Assembly (NCBI GenBank): GCA_031458695.1
Contig: JAVKJW010000010.1
Location: forward strand, 10,487 to 74,486
Reading direction: 5' to 3'
From: Candidatus Thermofontivivens primus
GTDB taxonomy: Bacteria; Sysuimicrobiota; Sysuimicrobiia; Sysuimicrobiales; Thermofontiviventaceae
DNA: 64,000 bases
Within the stretch, counting starts at the first letter, position 1; every line of letters begins with the position of its first letter. The notes beneath the pieces are model-generated. The model saw only the letters and a program-made list of their open reading frames with translations, was not told the origin of the DNA and ran no database searches. Shown piece by piece: positions 18,974 through 31,615 of the stretch. A program made the translations under genes and the position numbers.

Positions 18974-20183
18974 GCGCTGAGAGGATAACCCCAATGGTCA
19001 GCAAAGCGGCGCTCGCAGCAAATGGGGCACGATACCCGAAACCATCCCACAACAGCCCCCCTAGGAGGGGACCAAGGACGAGCCCCAACCCTTGCGCCGT
19101 TTCCGAGGCTCCCATCGCGAGGCCGGTCCTGCCTGGCGGAGCAGCCTGGCTCACGAGTGCCAACCAAGCGGGGGAAGAAAGGGCATAGCTCGCACCCAAG
19201 GCGACTGCGGCGATGGTGAGGCGGTCAAGACGCGGGGGGAAAACGAACAGCCACATCCCTGCACTGGCCAGAAGCATACCCCCGAGCACCATGCGGCGTT
19301 TGCCGAACCGGTCTGCGAGCCAGCCTGCCGGAAGGGAGGCAAGGGCCACGGAGAGGACGAGGAAGAGGAAGAGCGTTCCAATGGCGCGCTCAGAAAGGCC
19401 CATGATCCTCTTGGCATAGATTGCCAAGATCGGGGCAAGAAGCCCCGCTGCAAACATTTGGACAAATGCGAGGAGGAGGAAGAGGAAAAAAGTGGAAGAC
19501 CGTCCACCCCGGATGGCTCCTGCAGAATTTCTGGCTTGGCTCGAGGTCCCATCCTCACCTCCCGATCCCTGAGGATGCACCTCTCGAAGGACAAGGCATG
19601 CCGTGATCGCACTCACACAAAGGAGGGCTGAAGCGAGGTAGAAACCCGCTTTGTAGGACCCTGCGAACCCCACGACGTACAGGCCCAGCGCGGGGCCCAG
19701 GGCGAGGCCAGTGAGGAAGAACATGTTCAACAGCCCCATGGCCCCTGCCCGATTCTGTGGTGAAGTGAGATCCACGAGGATCGCAGCCGCCGACGGCCAG
19801 AGCCCAGCGCTACCCAGACCATCTAGGAGCCGCAGGGGGACAAAGAGCCAGGGAACGTGGAGCATGGCCATCAGGAGCGGGGCCAGGCTGCTCAGGAACA
19901 ACCCGCCAATGATGATGGGCCTGCGGCCGAGCCGGTCAGTAACGGAGCCCCAGATGGTCTTGAAGACGGTCTCCACAATTGCGAAGGTCGAGACCACGAG
20001 GCCAACGAGTTTGACGCTGGCGTGGAGGTGCTCTGTAAGGTAAAGGGGAAGCAGGGGGATTACGGTGGCGAACCCAAGCTCGGCAATCCCGATGATGAGG
20101 ACTACGCGGAGGACCACCCCAGAGAGGAGCCGCACTGTCTCCTGCCGCCTCAGGATCAGCGCTGTGTGCAGGGAATTCCTCAC
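18915..20183 (-). CDS. MFS transporter
   Basis: Motif A (GSVTDRLGRR; GWLADRFGKR) and about 12 TM segments. The start overlaps the gatD stop. Confidence 0.9.
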   Translation of the reverse strand: MRNSLHTALILRRQETVRLLSGVVLRVVLIIGIAELGFATVIPLLPLYLTEHLHASVKLVGLVVSTFAIVETVFKTIWGSVTDRLGRRPIIIGGLFLSSLAPLLMAMLHVPWLFVPLRLLDGLGSAGLWPSAAAILVDLTSPQNRAGAMGLLNMFFLTGLALGPALGLYVVGFAGSYKAGFYLASALLCVSAITACLVLREVHPQGSGGEDGTSSQARNSAGAIRGGRSSTFFLFLLLAFVQMFAAGLLAPILAIYAKRIMGLSERAIGTLFLFLVLSVALASLPAGWLADRFGKRRMVLGGMLLASAGMWLFVFPPRLDRLTIAAVALGASYALSSPAWLALVSQAAPPGRTGLAMGASETAQGLGLVLGPLLGGLLWDGFGYRAPFAASAALLTIGVILSALTLPRMRDLPSGPPGQPQG

Positions 20184-21022
20184 GTCTTGCTTTCCTCCCG
20201 AGCTTTGCGCCCTTGGGGATCGAATTTCCCCCCGACAGATTCGCGTCCTGAGATTTTGGCGAGAACCCTCGCACCCCAGGGCCTACCGCGAAGGGCGAGG
20301 GCTGCCGCAGCACGGTGAGCCTCTTCCTCCACCCTGTCATCCAGAGCGCGCAGATGGACCTTCCCGTAGCGGGTTTCTAGCGCCCTTGCAATGAGGAAGT
20401 CAGCGAAAGCTGGGTTCTTGGGTAACAAGGGGCCATGAAGGTACGTCCCATAGACGTTCCCACACACAGCTCCTTCCGTACCATCCTCCCCGTTGTTCCC
20501 AAACCCTGCAAGGACAACCCCAAGGGGCCTCACACCGGACCCGAGTGCGGTCCTCCCTCCGTGGTTCTCAAAACCTACAAGAGTGCGCCCACCGAGCAGG
20601 GCGCAACGGATCACAATGTTTCCAATGAGCCTTTTCGCAGCCTTCCCTGGATGGACTGTGACCACATCAAGAAGCCCTAACCCTTCTAAATCCTCTCCTT
20701 CCGCAGGACGGTAAGCGTGACCAAGGAGTTGATACCCACCGCAGACCCCAAGGATGACCTTCCCAGATGCCGCGGCCTCCCGCAGGGCTTCCCCCTTCAC
20801 CTCTCGCAGATCCCTTGCAGCCAGGCGCTGCTGTCGGTCTTCTCCCCCTCCAATAAAGAAGAGATCGAACTCCCGCGGGTCAACGGACTCCCCAAGCCCT
20901 TTTGATACCACCGAAACTTCCAGCCCATACCACTGCGCGCGGCGCACCAAGGCGAGGATGTTCCCTCGGTCCCCGTAGAGATTGAGGAGATCGGGATAGA
21001 GGTGACAGATCCTGAGTTTCAT
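20180..21022 (-). CDS. gatD: Lipid II isoglutaminyl synthase, glutaminase subunit
   Basis: Motifs HLYPDLLNLYGDRGN, GGGED, GVCGGYQ, GFENH and TYLHGPLLPKNP. Confidence 0.92.
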   Translation of the reverse strand: MKLRICHLYPDLLNLYGDRGNILALVRRAQWYGLEVSVVSKGLGESVDPREFDLFFIGGGEDRQQRLAARDLREVKGEALREAAASGKVILGVCGGYQLLGHAYRPAEGEDLEGLGLLDVVTVHPGKAAKRLIGNIVIRCALLGGRTLVGFENHGGRTALGSGVRPLGVVLAGFGNNGEDGTEGAVCGNVYGTYLHGPLLPKNPAFADFLIARALETRYGKVHLRALDDRVEEEAHRAAAALALRGRPWGARVLAKISGRESVGGKFDPQGRKAREESKT

Positions 21023-22411
21023 TCACTGCCTCCAGAATCCCGACACTACGCCCATCCTCTGGAGGATGGCTCGGAGCTGGAGCATTGCAGTATAGGTGGG
21101 GAGGAGGAAGACCTTCTCCCCTTCTTCCGCCATGGCCACGGCGCGCAACACCGCGCGTTTCCCGTCCTTCTCCACGACGATGCGACCTGGTTCCACTCCA
21201 GCATATTTGAGCCGCAAGGCCATCTCCTCTGCCCTCCGGCCCGTGACGACCAAACCTTTCACCCGCCCACAAAGCATCTCGAAGTCCACATCCCACAACC
21301 AGGAGATGTCGCGCCCATCGGCGATGAGGTCGTTGATAGCGATGAGGACCACAGGGGCCTGTTCTCCTTGTAGGAGCGTGCGGAGAACCGCGTTGAATCC
21401 GGCGGGGTTCTTGACGAGGAGGAAAACCAGCTCGCGATCATTCAGTTGGAGCCGCTCCCCTCTGCCGAACGCCGGGGTGAAACTCTCGATCGCTCTCTCC
21501 ATCGTCTCGGGCGCGATCCCCAGAGAATAGGCTGCAGCACATGCCGCGAGGATGTTGTACACGTTGTACAGGCCTGGGAGGGCTGTGCGGACACGCATGC
21601 TCCCTCTGGGGCCATCTATGGTAAACTGGCTCCCCTCGATCCCCCGCAACACGATCTCCCTGGCGGTCACGTCCGGATTGAGCCGGCGGGTGCCACAGCC
21701 CTCACAACAGTATTTCCCCATGTGCCCGAAATACACCACAGTGTACTGGTAGGGGCGACCACAGTGGTAGCAGTAGCGTGCGTCGGCGGCGTGCTCTAGC
21801 ACAGTAAGGGCAACCCTCTCATCCTCGATCCCAAAAGTCATTCTCTGTCCCTTCACCCCCCTTCCCACCTCGGCCACGAGAGGATCATCGACGTTGAGGA
21901 CAACGGTTGCATCGGAGGGGAGTTGGTTCAGTGCCTTGCGCCAACCCTCCGCTACGACCTCGAGCTCCCCGTAGCGGTCCAGCTGATCCCGGAAGAGGTT
22001 CGTCAGGACAATCACCCTGGGCATGAGCGCATCAAACACCTTCGGGAGCGTAGCCTCATCGATCTCAAGGATAGCGAGGTCGCCGGCGAGATCCCCCAGG
22101 TAGTTGGCGTGCTCCAGAAGGGCGGTGGCGACGCCGCTTGCCAAGTTCGCACCCGCGCGGTTATGGATGGGCACGAGCGCTGCCAGCTCGGCTATGTGTG
22201 CGAGGATCCGTGATGTCGTGGTCTTCCCATTCGTCCCTGTCACCACGACTGTTCCAAAAGGCAGCCGCTGCGCCAGTAGGCGAACGAGCTGGGGTTCCAC
22301 CGCCCGGGCCACCCGTCCGGGAATTGTTGTGCCCCCTCCCAATCCGAGGGAGCGGCTGGCGAGGGCAGCGAGACGACCGAGGGTAATCGCGGTGGTAAGC
22401 CGCAGGGACAC
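21023..22411 (-). CDS. murT: Lipid II isoglutaminyl synthase, Mur-ligase subunit (DUF1727)
   Basis: Motifs GTNGKTTT, NLFRDQLDRYGE, CYHC...CEGC, KNPAG, DGRDISWLWD and TYTAM. Confidence 0.93.
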   Translation of the reverse strand: MSLRLTTAITLGRLAALASRSLGLGGGTTIPGRVARAVEPQLVRLLAQRLPFGTVVVTGTNGKTTTSRILAHIAELAALVPIHNRAGANLASGVATALLEHANYLGDLAGDLAILEIDEATLPKVFDALMPRVIVLTNLFRDQLDRYGELEVVAEGWRKALNQLPSDATVVLNVDDPLVAEVGRGVKGQRMTFGIEDERVALTVLEHAADARYCYHCGRPYQYTVVYFGHMGKYCCEGCGTRRLNPDVTAREIVLRGIEGSQFTIDGPRGSMRVRTALPGLYNVYNILAACAAAYSLGIAPETMERAIESFTPAFGRGERLQLNDRELVFLLVKNPAGFNAVLRTLLQGEQAPVVLIAINDLIADGRDISWLWDVDFEMLCGRVKGLVVTGRRAEEMALRLKYAGVEPGRIVVEKDGKRAVLRAVAMAEEGEKVFLLPTYTAMLQLRAILQRMGVVSGFWRQ

Positions 22412-22493
22412 GGCACTCTCTTCCCTTCACGTTGCACTCCAAGGAGCCCACAGGTAGCCGGCAAAGACTTCATAAAGGGAAGGTTGCGCAGGT

Positions 22494-22718
22494 TCAACCC
22501 TTCTCCTGGTCGTCGACAGGTTCCAGCTCAGAAACATCGTTCCGAAACCAGACCGGGACCTTCCATCCATCCACGATCACCTGCACATCCCGGTACACCG
22601 AAACTACGGTTCCAGTACGCCCTGCAAGCTCTGGCCAAAGCCTCAGAGCCTCTGCTTTCGAGTCTGGCCGGATGCGCACCCGATCCCCAGGCCTGAACAA
22701 CAAGTTCCGCTCCTCCAT
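22494..22718 (-). CDS. Small SH3/KOW-like beta-barrel hypothetical protein (74 aa)
   Basis: FRPGDRVRI...GRTGTVVSV...VQVIVDG...WF...ELEPV pattern. Co-oriented upstream of murT. Start uncertain. Confidence 0.6.
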   Translation of the reverse strand: MEERNLLFRPGDRVRIRPDSKAEALRLWPELAGRTGTVVSVYRDVQVIVDGWKVPVWFRNDVSELEPVDDQEKG

Positions 22719-22856
22719 ACCCGGGCAAAGGTCTTTTGGACATTTGCCGGAGACACTCTCCCACAGGAGAGGGGCGATATCCGAGATCCCTCGCACTATT
22801 TACCGCACACGGGGGTATTTTACCTCCCCCTCCCCTTCCTGGCAACCGTACTTCAC

Positions 22857-22889
22857 CCCCCTGCAAAACTCTGTGGCTTTTGCTGGGGG
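22857..22889. repeat. Intergenic hairpin of the GCAA...TTTTGC family
   Basis: CCCCCTGCAAAA-N9-TTTTGCTGGGGG. Confidence 0.55.
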
Positions 22890-22908
22890 TACCTCACCCA
22901 AACGTGCC

Positions 22909-22937
22909 TTGCACGATCAGGGGGTTTGCAGTATCCT
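22909..22937 (+). promoter_or_regulatory. Sigma70-type promoter for icd-mdh-sucCD
   Basis: TTGCAC-N17-TATCCT. Confidence 0.55.
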
Positions 22938-23055
22938 TGTGATGGCCAGTAGCCGTCTTGTAACCTGAGTCAATCTCCTTGCGCTTCAAAGAGGGGCTCC
23001 GGTAAAAACCCACGATGATTGCCGGGGTACTTAAAATCGGTTGGAGGGAGGAGAA

Positions 23056-25342
<2,287 letters not shown>

Positions 25343-25357
25343 CGAGGAGTAGGATCC

Positions 25358-26494
25358 ATGAAGCTCTTTGAGTACCAAGCGAAGGAGATCTTTGCCCGCT
25401 ACGGCATTCCTGTGCCGCCTGGCACCGTCATCACCCAACCGGGTGAGGTCGAGCACCTCGCCCTCAGGTACCCCCTCGTCCTGAAAGCGCAAGTCCTTGT
25501 CGGAGGGCGAGGAAAGGCCGGTGGGATCAAGATCGCGAGGAACCCTCAGGAAGCTAGGGAACACGCGGAGGCCATCCTCGGCATGACCATCAAGGGCGAA
25601 CAAGTTCGTGCCCTTCTGGCCGCCGAAGCGGTCGACATCGAGAAGGAGTACTACCTCGCGTTCACCATAGACCGCAGCGCACGGCGCGTGGTCGCAGTGG
25701 CTTCTGAGGCAGGTGGTGTGGACATCGAGGAGGTGGCCCGGGAGACTCCAGAGAAGATTATCAAAGTCCCCGTGGATCCCTTCCTTGGGTTCCAGCCTTT
25801 CCAAGCAAGGATTCTGGGACGGCGCTTAGGTTTGACAGGTCGGACCCTCACGGAGTTCGCCCAGATCGCCTACAATCTTTACCGCCTCTTGCGGGAAGAG
25901 GACGCCGAGCTTGCGGAGATTAACCCTCTCGCGCTGACCGACGGGCACCTTGTGGCCATCGACGCCAAGCTCATCCTGGACGACAACGCGAGCTACCGTC
26001 ATCCTGACCGGCCAGCTGACCAGGAAATGACTGAACTCGAGCGCATGGCCAAGGAACATGACCTGAGTTACGTGGAATTAGACGGGGATATCGCGATCAT
26101 CGGGAACGGGGCGGGTCTTGTGATGGCCACCCTGGACATGGTCGCACACTTCGGGGGGAGACCGGCGAACTTCCTAGACGTTGGCGGAGGGGCTTCTACG
26201 GAAGCAATGAAACAAGCTCTGGCGATCGCCACGAGGAAACCTGGGATCCGGGTCCTGTTCGTGAACATCTTCGGAGGGATCACACGGTGTGATGACATCG
26301 CCAGGGGAATTGTCGAGAACCGCCCTTCGGTCCCCATGGTCGTTCGCCTCACAGGGACCAACGAGGAGGAGGGAAGGGCGATTCTGGAGGCGCAGGGGAT
26401 CCGGGCCTTCACCGACCCTGTCGAGGCTGCGCAGGAAGCGGTCCGGTTAGGCAGGGAACCGGTACAGGAGGTGCACCATGGCCATCCTCGTTGA
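25358..26494 (+). CDS. sucC: Succinyl-CoA synthetase beta subunit
   Basis: Starts MKLFEYQAK. Motifs [33 protein letters not shown] and [10 protein letters not shown]. Confidence 0.93.
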   Translation: MKLFEYQAKEIFARYGIPVPPGTVITQPGEVEHLALRYPLVLKAQVLVGGRGKAGGIKIARNPQEAREHAEAILGMTIKGEQVRALLAAEAVDIEKEYYLAFTIDRSARRVVAVASEAGGVDIEEVARETPEKIIKVPVDPFLGFQPFQARILGRRLGLTGRTLTEFAQIAYNLYRLLREEDAELAEINPLALTDGHLVAIDAKLILDDNASYRHPDRPADQEMTELERMAKEHDLSYVELDGDIAIIGNGAGLVMATLDMVAHFGGRPANFLDVGGGASTEAMKQALAIATRKPGIRVLFVNIFGGITRCDDIARGIVENRPSVPMVVRLTGTNEEEGRAILEAQGIRAFTDPVEAAQEAVRLGREPVQEVHHGHPR

Positions 26495-27365
26495 CGAACA
26501 GACGCGCGTCCTCGTCCAGGGGATCACTGGCTACCAGGGGGAATTCCATACCCGCCAGATGCTTGCGTTTGGCACAAAGGTGGTTGCTGGGACCTCTCCC
26601 GGGAAAGGAGGGACCACGGTCCATGGCATCCCCGTCTTCGACACCGTCGAGGAAGCTGTGAAGGAGACGGGCGCTACTGCTTCCTGTATCTTCGTCCCTG
26701 CGCGCGGCGCCAAGGATGCGGCGCTAGAGGCGATTGCCAGCGGGCTCGATCCTGTCGTCATCATTACCGAACATATCCCTGTCCACGACACCATCGAGAT
26801 CGTCGCCTATGCCCGGGAGAAGGGGGTCCACGTGGTTGGGCCCAACGGGCCAGGTCTCGCCTCCGCAGGACGATGCAAGATTGGTATCATGCCAAACCAT
26901 CTCTTCCAACCGGGAAAGGTTGGCGTCGTCTCCCGGAGCGGGACGCTCACCTACGAGATCGTTGCTGCCCTCACCCGCGCGGGTTTGGGGGAAACTACGG
27001 CAATCGGTCTCGGCGGAGACCCTGTCGTAGGGTTGACCTTTGTGGAAGTCCTGAAATTGTTCGAATCGGATCCGGAGACCCAGGCCGTGGTCCTCATCGG
27101 GGAGATCGGGGGGAACGCCGAGGAAGAGGCTGCGGACTATATCGCTCGCCGGTTCACCAAACCCGTCGTTGCCTACATTGCCGGGAGAACCGCTCCTCCG
27201 GGGAAGCGCATGGGGCACGCGGGCGCAGTCATCTCAGGGACGGAAGGAACTGCCCAGTCCAAGATTGAGGCTCTGAAGGCAGCGGGGGTGGCTGTAGCAG
27301 ACCTGCCGAGCGATGTTGCAGAGCTCCTGAGGGAGATCCTGGGGCCTTCAAGGAATTCTCGGTAA
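26478..27365 (+). CDS. sucD: Succinyl-CoA synthetase alpha subunit
   Basis: Motifs [20 protein letters not shown] and GKRMGHAGA (phospho-His). Confidence 0.94.
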   Translation: MAILVDEQTRVLVQGITGYQGEFHTRQMLAFGTKVVAGTSPGKGGTTVHGIPVFDTVEEAVKETGATASCIFVPARGAKDAALEAIASGLDPVVIITEHIPVHDTIEIVAYAREKGVHVVGPNGPGLASAGRCKIGIMPNHLFQPGKVGVVSRSGTLTYEIVAALTRAGLGETTAIGLGGDPVVGLTFVEVLKLFESDPETQAVVLIGEIGGNAEEEAADYIARRFTKPVVAYIAGRTAPPGKRMGHAGAVISGTEGTAQSKIEALKAAGVAVADLPSDVAELLREILGPSRNSR

Positions 27366-27471
27366 CTCCCAGAAGATTTCTGGGCAAAGATGTGAGGGGA
27401 CCCTGTTGTGAGGAAACTGCACTGACGCGTGGGAAAACCTGGGCCTGGAAAAGAGTCTGGAGGATGCTCTC

Positions 27472-27672
27472 GTGGAGAAACGGCTGTATCGTTCGCGTGC
27501 CAACAGAATGCTCGGCGGGGTCTGTGGGGGGATTGCAGAATACATCGGGGCCGACCCCACCATCGTCCGCCTCATTTGGGCGTTGATCGCGCTTTTCCCC
27601 CCGACGATGCTGGTCGGCATCGGGGGGTACCTGATCGCTTGGCTGATCATCCCAGAGGCCCCAGCCCAATAG
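27472..27672 (+). CDS. PspC domain protein
   Basis: KRLYRSRANRMLGGVCGGIAEY...DPTIVR...YLIAWLIIP. Confidence 0.92.
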   Translation: MEKRLYRSRANRMLGGVCGGIAEYIGADPTIVRLIWALIALFPPTMLVGIGGYLIAWLIIPEAPAQ

Positions 27673-27735
27673 CGAAGAGGGATACTCCGTTCCCCACTCC
27701 ATCTGTTCCTCTTTCTCAAGGGAGAAGAAGTGTGT

Positions 27736-28074
27736 ATGGAAGGGTTCATTCTTCGCTGGCTGGTCAACGGGGTGGCGATTTATCTTACAACCCGCATCGT
27801 CCCCGGCATCTCTGTCCCCGACTTCCTCGGTGCGCTCCTCGCTGCCCTCGTCCTGGGGGTTGTCAACGCCGTCATCCGTCCTCTTGTCCTTTTGCTTACC
27901 CTCCCCATCAATATCCTGACTCTGGGCCTATTCACTCTTCTTGTCAACACCCTGATGCTCTACCTCGTCGCTGCCCTTACTCCGTTACGCCTCTCTGGGT
28001 TTTGGTCAGCCTTCCTGGGAGCGCTCCTCATCAGCACCATTAGCCTGATCCTGATGCGGATCCTCCCTCGCTAA
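27736..28074 (+). CDS. YvlD / 4-TM 'phage holin superfamily IV' membrane protein
   Basis: NAVIRPLVLLLTLPINILTLGLFTLLVN. Follows pspC, as in Bacillus yvlCD. Confidence 0.88.
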   Translation: MEGFILRWLVNGVAIYLTTRIVPGISVPDFLGALLAALVLGVVNAVIRPLVLLLTLPINILTLGLFTLLVNTLMLYLVAALTPLRLSGFWSAFLGALLISTISLILMRILPR

Positions 28075-29722
28075 GGGCGCTTTGAAGGGAGAGGGGGCGG
28101 TTCCTCTCTACCTCCAGGGCAGGAAGCCTCACCCAGAAGGTGGACCCGTGTCCTTCCTGGCTGGTGAACCCAATGGTTCCTCCCGAAGCTTCTACGATGT
28201 GCTTGGCGATGAACAGACCAAGTCCGGTCCCTTCAATCCCGCTCTTCACCGCATTGCTCCCTCGGAAAAACTTGGTGAAGAGATAGGGCTGCTGGGGGAG
28301 GGGGATCCCGATCCCAGTGTCACGAACCTCCAGAACGACATGGCCATCCTCCACCCCGAGTTCCACCGAGACCTTCCCACCCTCAGGAGTGTACTTGATC
28401 CCATTGATCAGGAGGTTTTCGATCACTTGGCGCATTCGCCTCCTGTCCACAAGGACCTTGGGAATCGGAGAGGTTCTCTTGTGCCATTCCAGATGGATCT
28501 GTCTCTGGTTCGCTAAGGGAAGGCACTCCTTGACAAGCTCCTCGGTCAATCCCTCGATGGAGACCTCGACGGGCTCAAGGGTGAGTCTCCCCTGCTCGAT
28601 GCGCGAGACATCCAGCAACTCCTCCACAAGATCGATCATTCGGAGCGTACTCTCATAGGCAAGGGAGACAAACTGGTAATGCTGCGGGGGGATCGTCTCG
28701 CGCCCGGACTCCAGCACCATCTCAAGACTCCACCGCATTGCGGAGAGGGGCGTCCTGAGCTCGTGGGAGGCAATCCCCACGAACTCAGACTTCGCCCGCT
28801 CGAACTCTTCTTCATGGGTCATGTCCCGGAGGAGGATCAGGCACCCGGTGACCGTTCCGCTTCCATCCTCGATGAGGCGAACGCGTTCTCGGACAGGGAC
28901 TGCACGGCCGTCCCGCGTCGTGAGGGTAGAGATCCCAGGAGAGCGGAGGGCACGCGAGGAGTCTTTGGGTTCTCTCGTCATCACAAGGATCTCCCCAAAT
29001 GGGCGTCCCAGGGATTCGGAGGCCGTATACCCAGTGAGGGCTTCTGCTGCCCTATTGAAGAACATGATCCTCCCTTCCATGTCCACTGCCACGACGGCAT
29101 CTCCGATGCTCTCCAGGATCGCCTCCTCCACCTTCTTGAGATTGTTGATCTCCTCAATAGAGGCGAGGGCCACACGATGCATTCGCTTCACCTGCCGGGC
29201 CAGTTCGCCGATCTCATCCTCCCGCGTCCAATCAACCCATCCCCTCTCCTCAAGGGTTCCAGAGGCGAGGAATTGGAGGAGCCCCCGAAGAGGCTGCAAT
29301 ACCCACCGATCCAGAGTGAAGAGGAGAATGAGTACCTCTGCAACTCCCGCGAGAACCGCCCACCAGCCTTGCTTGAAAAAGAGAAAGAAGGCCTCTTTGA
29401 GAGAGACGCTCACAATGAGGGTATCCCCAGAATCCCACAAGGGAGAGGAAAGCCGGATCCTCCCCCTTGACACCTCCCATCCCGGGATAGGGATTCGATC
29501 ACGGGAGCCTCCAATCTCCACTTTTACCCCCTCGGGAAGAAGCACCCTCGTCGGGACCTCGCGAGGGTCCATCCCCTCACCTTTCCTTTCCTTCAACGCT
29601 AACTGGATCTTGTGGGAAACCCCCGAAATGGTTGAAGAAACAACTACAAAGGCTCCCCCGAGGAGAATGAGAAGCAGGAGGACAGTGAAGGTGAAGAAGA
29701 ACCTGTGCCGCACAGAGTTCAT
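28040..29722 (-). CDS. Membrane HAMP-PAS sensor histidine kinase
   Basis: Two TM segments, HAMP (DEIGELAR), PAS (ILESIGDAVVAVD...FNRAAEALTGY), H box SHELRTPL, N box, DTGIGIP and GTGLGL. Start is either ATG 29722 or GTG 29764. Confidence 0.92.
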   Translation of the reverse strand: MNSVRHRFFFTFTVLLLLILLGGAFVVVSSTISGVSHKIQLALKERKGEGMDPREVPTRVLLPEGVKVEIGGSRDRIPIPGWEVSRGRIRLSSPLWDSGDTLIVSVSLKEAFFLFFKQGWWAVLAGVAEVLILLFTLDRWVLQPLRGLLQFLASGTLEERGWVDWTREDEIGELARQVKRMHRVALASIEEINNLKKVEEAILESIGDAVVAVDMEGRIMFFNRAAEALTGYTASESLGRPFGEILVMTREPKDSSRALRSPGISTLTTRDGRAVPVRERVRLIEDGSGTVTGCLILLRDMTHEEEFERAKSEFVGIASHELRTPLSAMRWSLEMVLESGRETIPPQHYQFVSLAYESTLRMIDLVEELLDVSRIEQGRLTLEPVEVSIEGLTEELVKECLPLANQRQIHLEWHKRTSPIPKVLVDRRRMRQVIENLLINGIKYTPEGGKVSVELGVEDGHVVLEVRDTGIGIPLPQQPYLFTKFFRGSNAVKSGIEGTGLGLFIAKHIVEASGGTIGFTSQEGHGSTFWVRLPALEVERNRPLSLQSALSEGGSASGSG

Positions 29723-29748
29723 GGGCGGACCTGGAGAAAGTGGTTCTT

Positions 29749-31074
29749 TCAGAGGGTATTCCACGGCAATTCCGCCACCCCGTGGGGAAAACCCTTTGTG
29801 TCTTGGAGGGAGACCGTCAAGCGTTGGAGGGCCTGTAAAGCCTGGTGCAAGAGAGAAGCTGCCTCCTCTACCTCCCCCTCCTCCAAGTGCAATCGTCCAA
29901 GAACCATGTAGGCTGCCACGAGGTCGGTAGTGATCCCTAGCACGGAGAACGCTTGGATGGCTTCCTGGAGATAACGGCGGGCTTCCCCCCGGTCTCCCTC
30001 AGATTCCATGATCAATGCCAGGAGAAATTGTAGCCTCCCCCGCTCAGCTCCCTCCTGCACAGAAGCCTTTCCCTGATCCTGCGCTTCGCCCAGCAGAGCA
30101 AGGGCGGATATAGCGTACTCCTTTGCCTCCTCATTCCTCCCCAGGAGATAAGAACACCGGCTGAGTCCTCCCAGGGCGCACCCCTCGGCATACCGGTCCC
30201 CCAGCTCTCTGTGGAGGGAGAGTCCGGATTTCAGATAACCGTAGCTTGCGTAGAGGTCCCCTCGAAAGAGCAGGAGCAACCCCAGGTTCGTCTGCACCCG
30301 CGCGGCCATCCTCTGGATTTCACGCATCTCTAACTGGGCACTCAGTGACTGTAACCATCCGAGGGCCCCCTCTGTCCCATGACGATGCACTCCATGGTCT
30401 TGCAGTTCCCTGGGGTGATCGACCTTCTCGAAGGAGTGGGCAAGCTCCAACAACTCCAGGACCTGGCAGTAGCTGATGAGGCAGTCATCGAACGAGCCTA
30501 TCCCTCGATACGCCGTGCCTCTCAGCGCGAGGAGGTAAGCCTTAGGAAGAGGCCGCGGTGGTTCCACCTGATCGAGGAGCGCGATCCCCTGGTGGATGTA
30601 CTCGATGGCTGTTTCGTAGGCATGACGCCTCAACGCGAGCTCCCCCAGAATCCCCAGCGCCCAGCTCGCATCTTCCTCCGCCCCTATCCCGAAAGCTCGC
30701 TCTAGAGCCAGCCGAAGATAGGCCTCTGCCTCCCGCTGGTACCCTTGGAGAGCGCGTACCTCACCTAACTGGAGGAATACGCGGATCTCTGCACGGGGAG
30801 ACTGTTGCTCCTCGATCGCCCTGAAGGCCAAGGCAAGGAAATCAAGGGCTTTCTCCACCTGCCCTCCCCGGAGGTACAGGCTTGAGAGTGCGATCGCCAC
30901 CTCTGCCCTTTGCTCGGGGTCGGGATATGCTTCCACATGGATCAGGTCTTCGAGGGAAGGCAGGGCTTCGAGGGTGGGCTCTACCTCAAGAGGAGAGGAT
31001 CTCATCCCCTCAATCGGATCCAGAAGCCTGTCCAGGATCCCTATGGGTGGAAAGAACGCCCTGACCTCTTCCAT
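29749..31074 (-). CDS. Tetratricopeptide-repeat (MalT-like TPR) protein
   Basis: Repeated helix pairs such as LGEVRALQG...[19 protein letters not shown] and [14 protein letters not shown]. Confidence 0.8.
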   Translation of the reverse strand: MEEVRAFFPPIGILDRLLDPIEGMRSSPLEVEPTLEALPSLEDLIHVEAYPDPEQRAEVAIALSSLYLRGGQVEKALDFLALAFRAIEEQQSPRAEIRVFLQLGEVRALQGYQREAEAYLRLALERAFGIGAEEDASWALGILGELALRRHAYETAIEYIHQGIALLDQVEPPRPLPKAYLLALRGTAYRGIGSFDDCLISYCQVLELLELAHSFEKVDHPRELQDHGVHRHGTEGALGWLQSLSAQLEMREIQRMAARVQTNLGLLLLFRGDLYASYGYLKSGLSLHRELGDRYAEGCALGGLSRCSYLLGRNEEAKEYAISALALLGEAQDQGKASVQEGAERGRLQFLLALIMESEGDRGEARRYLQEAIQAFSVLGITTDLVAAYMVLGRLHLEEGEVEEAASLLHQALQALQRLTVSLQDTKGFPHGVAELPWNTL

Positions 31075-31235
31075 CGTTCTATCCTTGCGTGATCGGTGCT
31101 CTGGGAAAATTCTGAAGGCAAAAATTCATCTTGCCAGAGTCTTGCCCGATTATGGTAAAATGAACCCAAATTCACTAGCCAGGACACCCGACCACCCTCG
31201 AATACGCTTGGTGGAGGACAGCAGGAGGAAGGGAT

Positions 31236-31415
31236 ATGCATGTGCTCATCGCACTCCTCACCGGCCAGATCTGGGGGCTCTCGCTGGTCGTTGCCACGCT
31301 CCATCTCCTCAAAATCCCCGAGGAGGAGCGACTCCTGGCTGGGGTCGTCCTTGCCATCGTCTACAGCCTCTTTGGGATTCCTGTCCTCCGCTGGGTCCTC
31401 ACCCTATTCGTGTGA
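31236..31415 (+). CDS. Small 59-aa two-TM membrane protein (absent from the ORF track)
   Basis: AGGAGG upstream. [59 protein letters not shown], two hydrophobic helices around a charged loop. Confidence 0.7.
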   Translation: MHVLIALLTGQIWGLSLVVATLHLLKIPEEERLLAGVVLAIVYSLFGIPVLRWVLTLFV

Positions 31416-31507
31416 ACGGAGTGCCTAACCCTCCTGGCAATGGTCTGTTGCCTTTTTCGGGACTCCTGTGGAAATGGGGCTATGGAGAAGCAACCACTGA
31501 CGCCATC

Positions 31508-31536
31508 TTGCACCTTCTCGCACATTTTGATAGTAT
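31508..31536 (+). promoter_or_regulatory. Sigma70-type promoter with extended -10 upstream of the sigma factor gene
   Basis: TTGCAC-N17-TAGTAT, with a TGn extension. Confidence 0.7.
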
Positions 31537-31615
31537 TAACTATAGAAAGTCTTACGTCAGGGAACCTGGGAATCGATCGAGCGGGTTACGCGTTCTATTC
31601 CATGGAGGGTCGTGG

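Noticed and set aside
27736..28074. 'Phage holin' as evidence of a prophage
   Set aside because: The YvlD family is normally chromosomal next to pspC, and no phage genes are nearby.
30974..31615. 214-aa N-terminal extension of the sigma ORF in the ORF track
   Set aside because: Non-protein-like sequence that overlaps the TPR gene, the 59-aa ORF and a clear promoter. An RBS-supported ATG exists at 31616.
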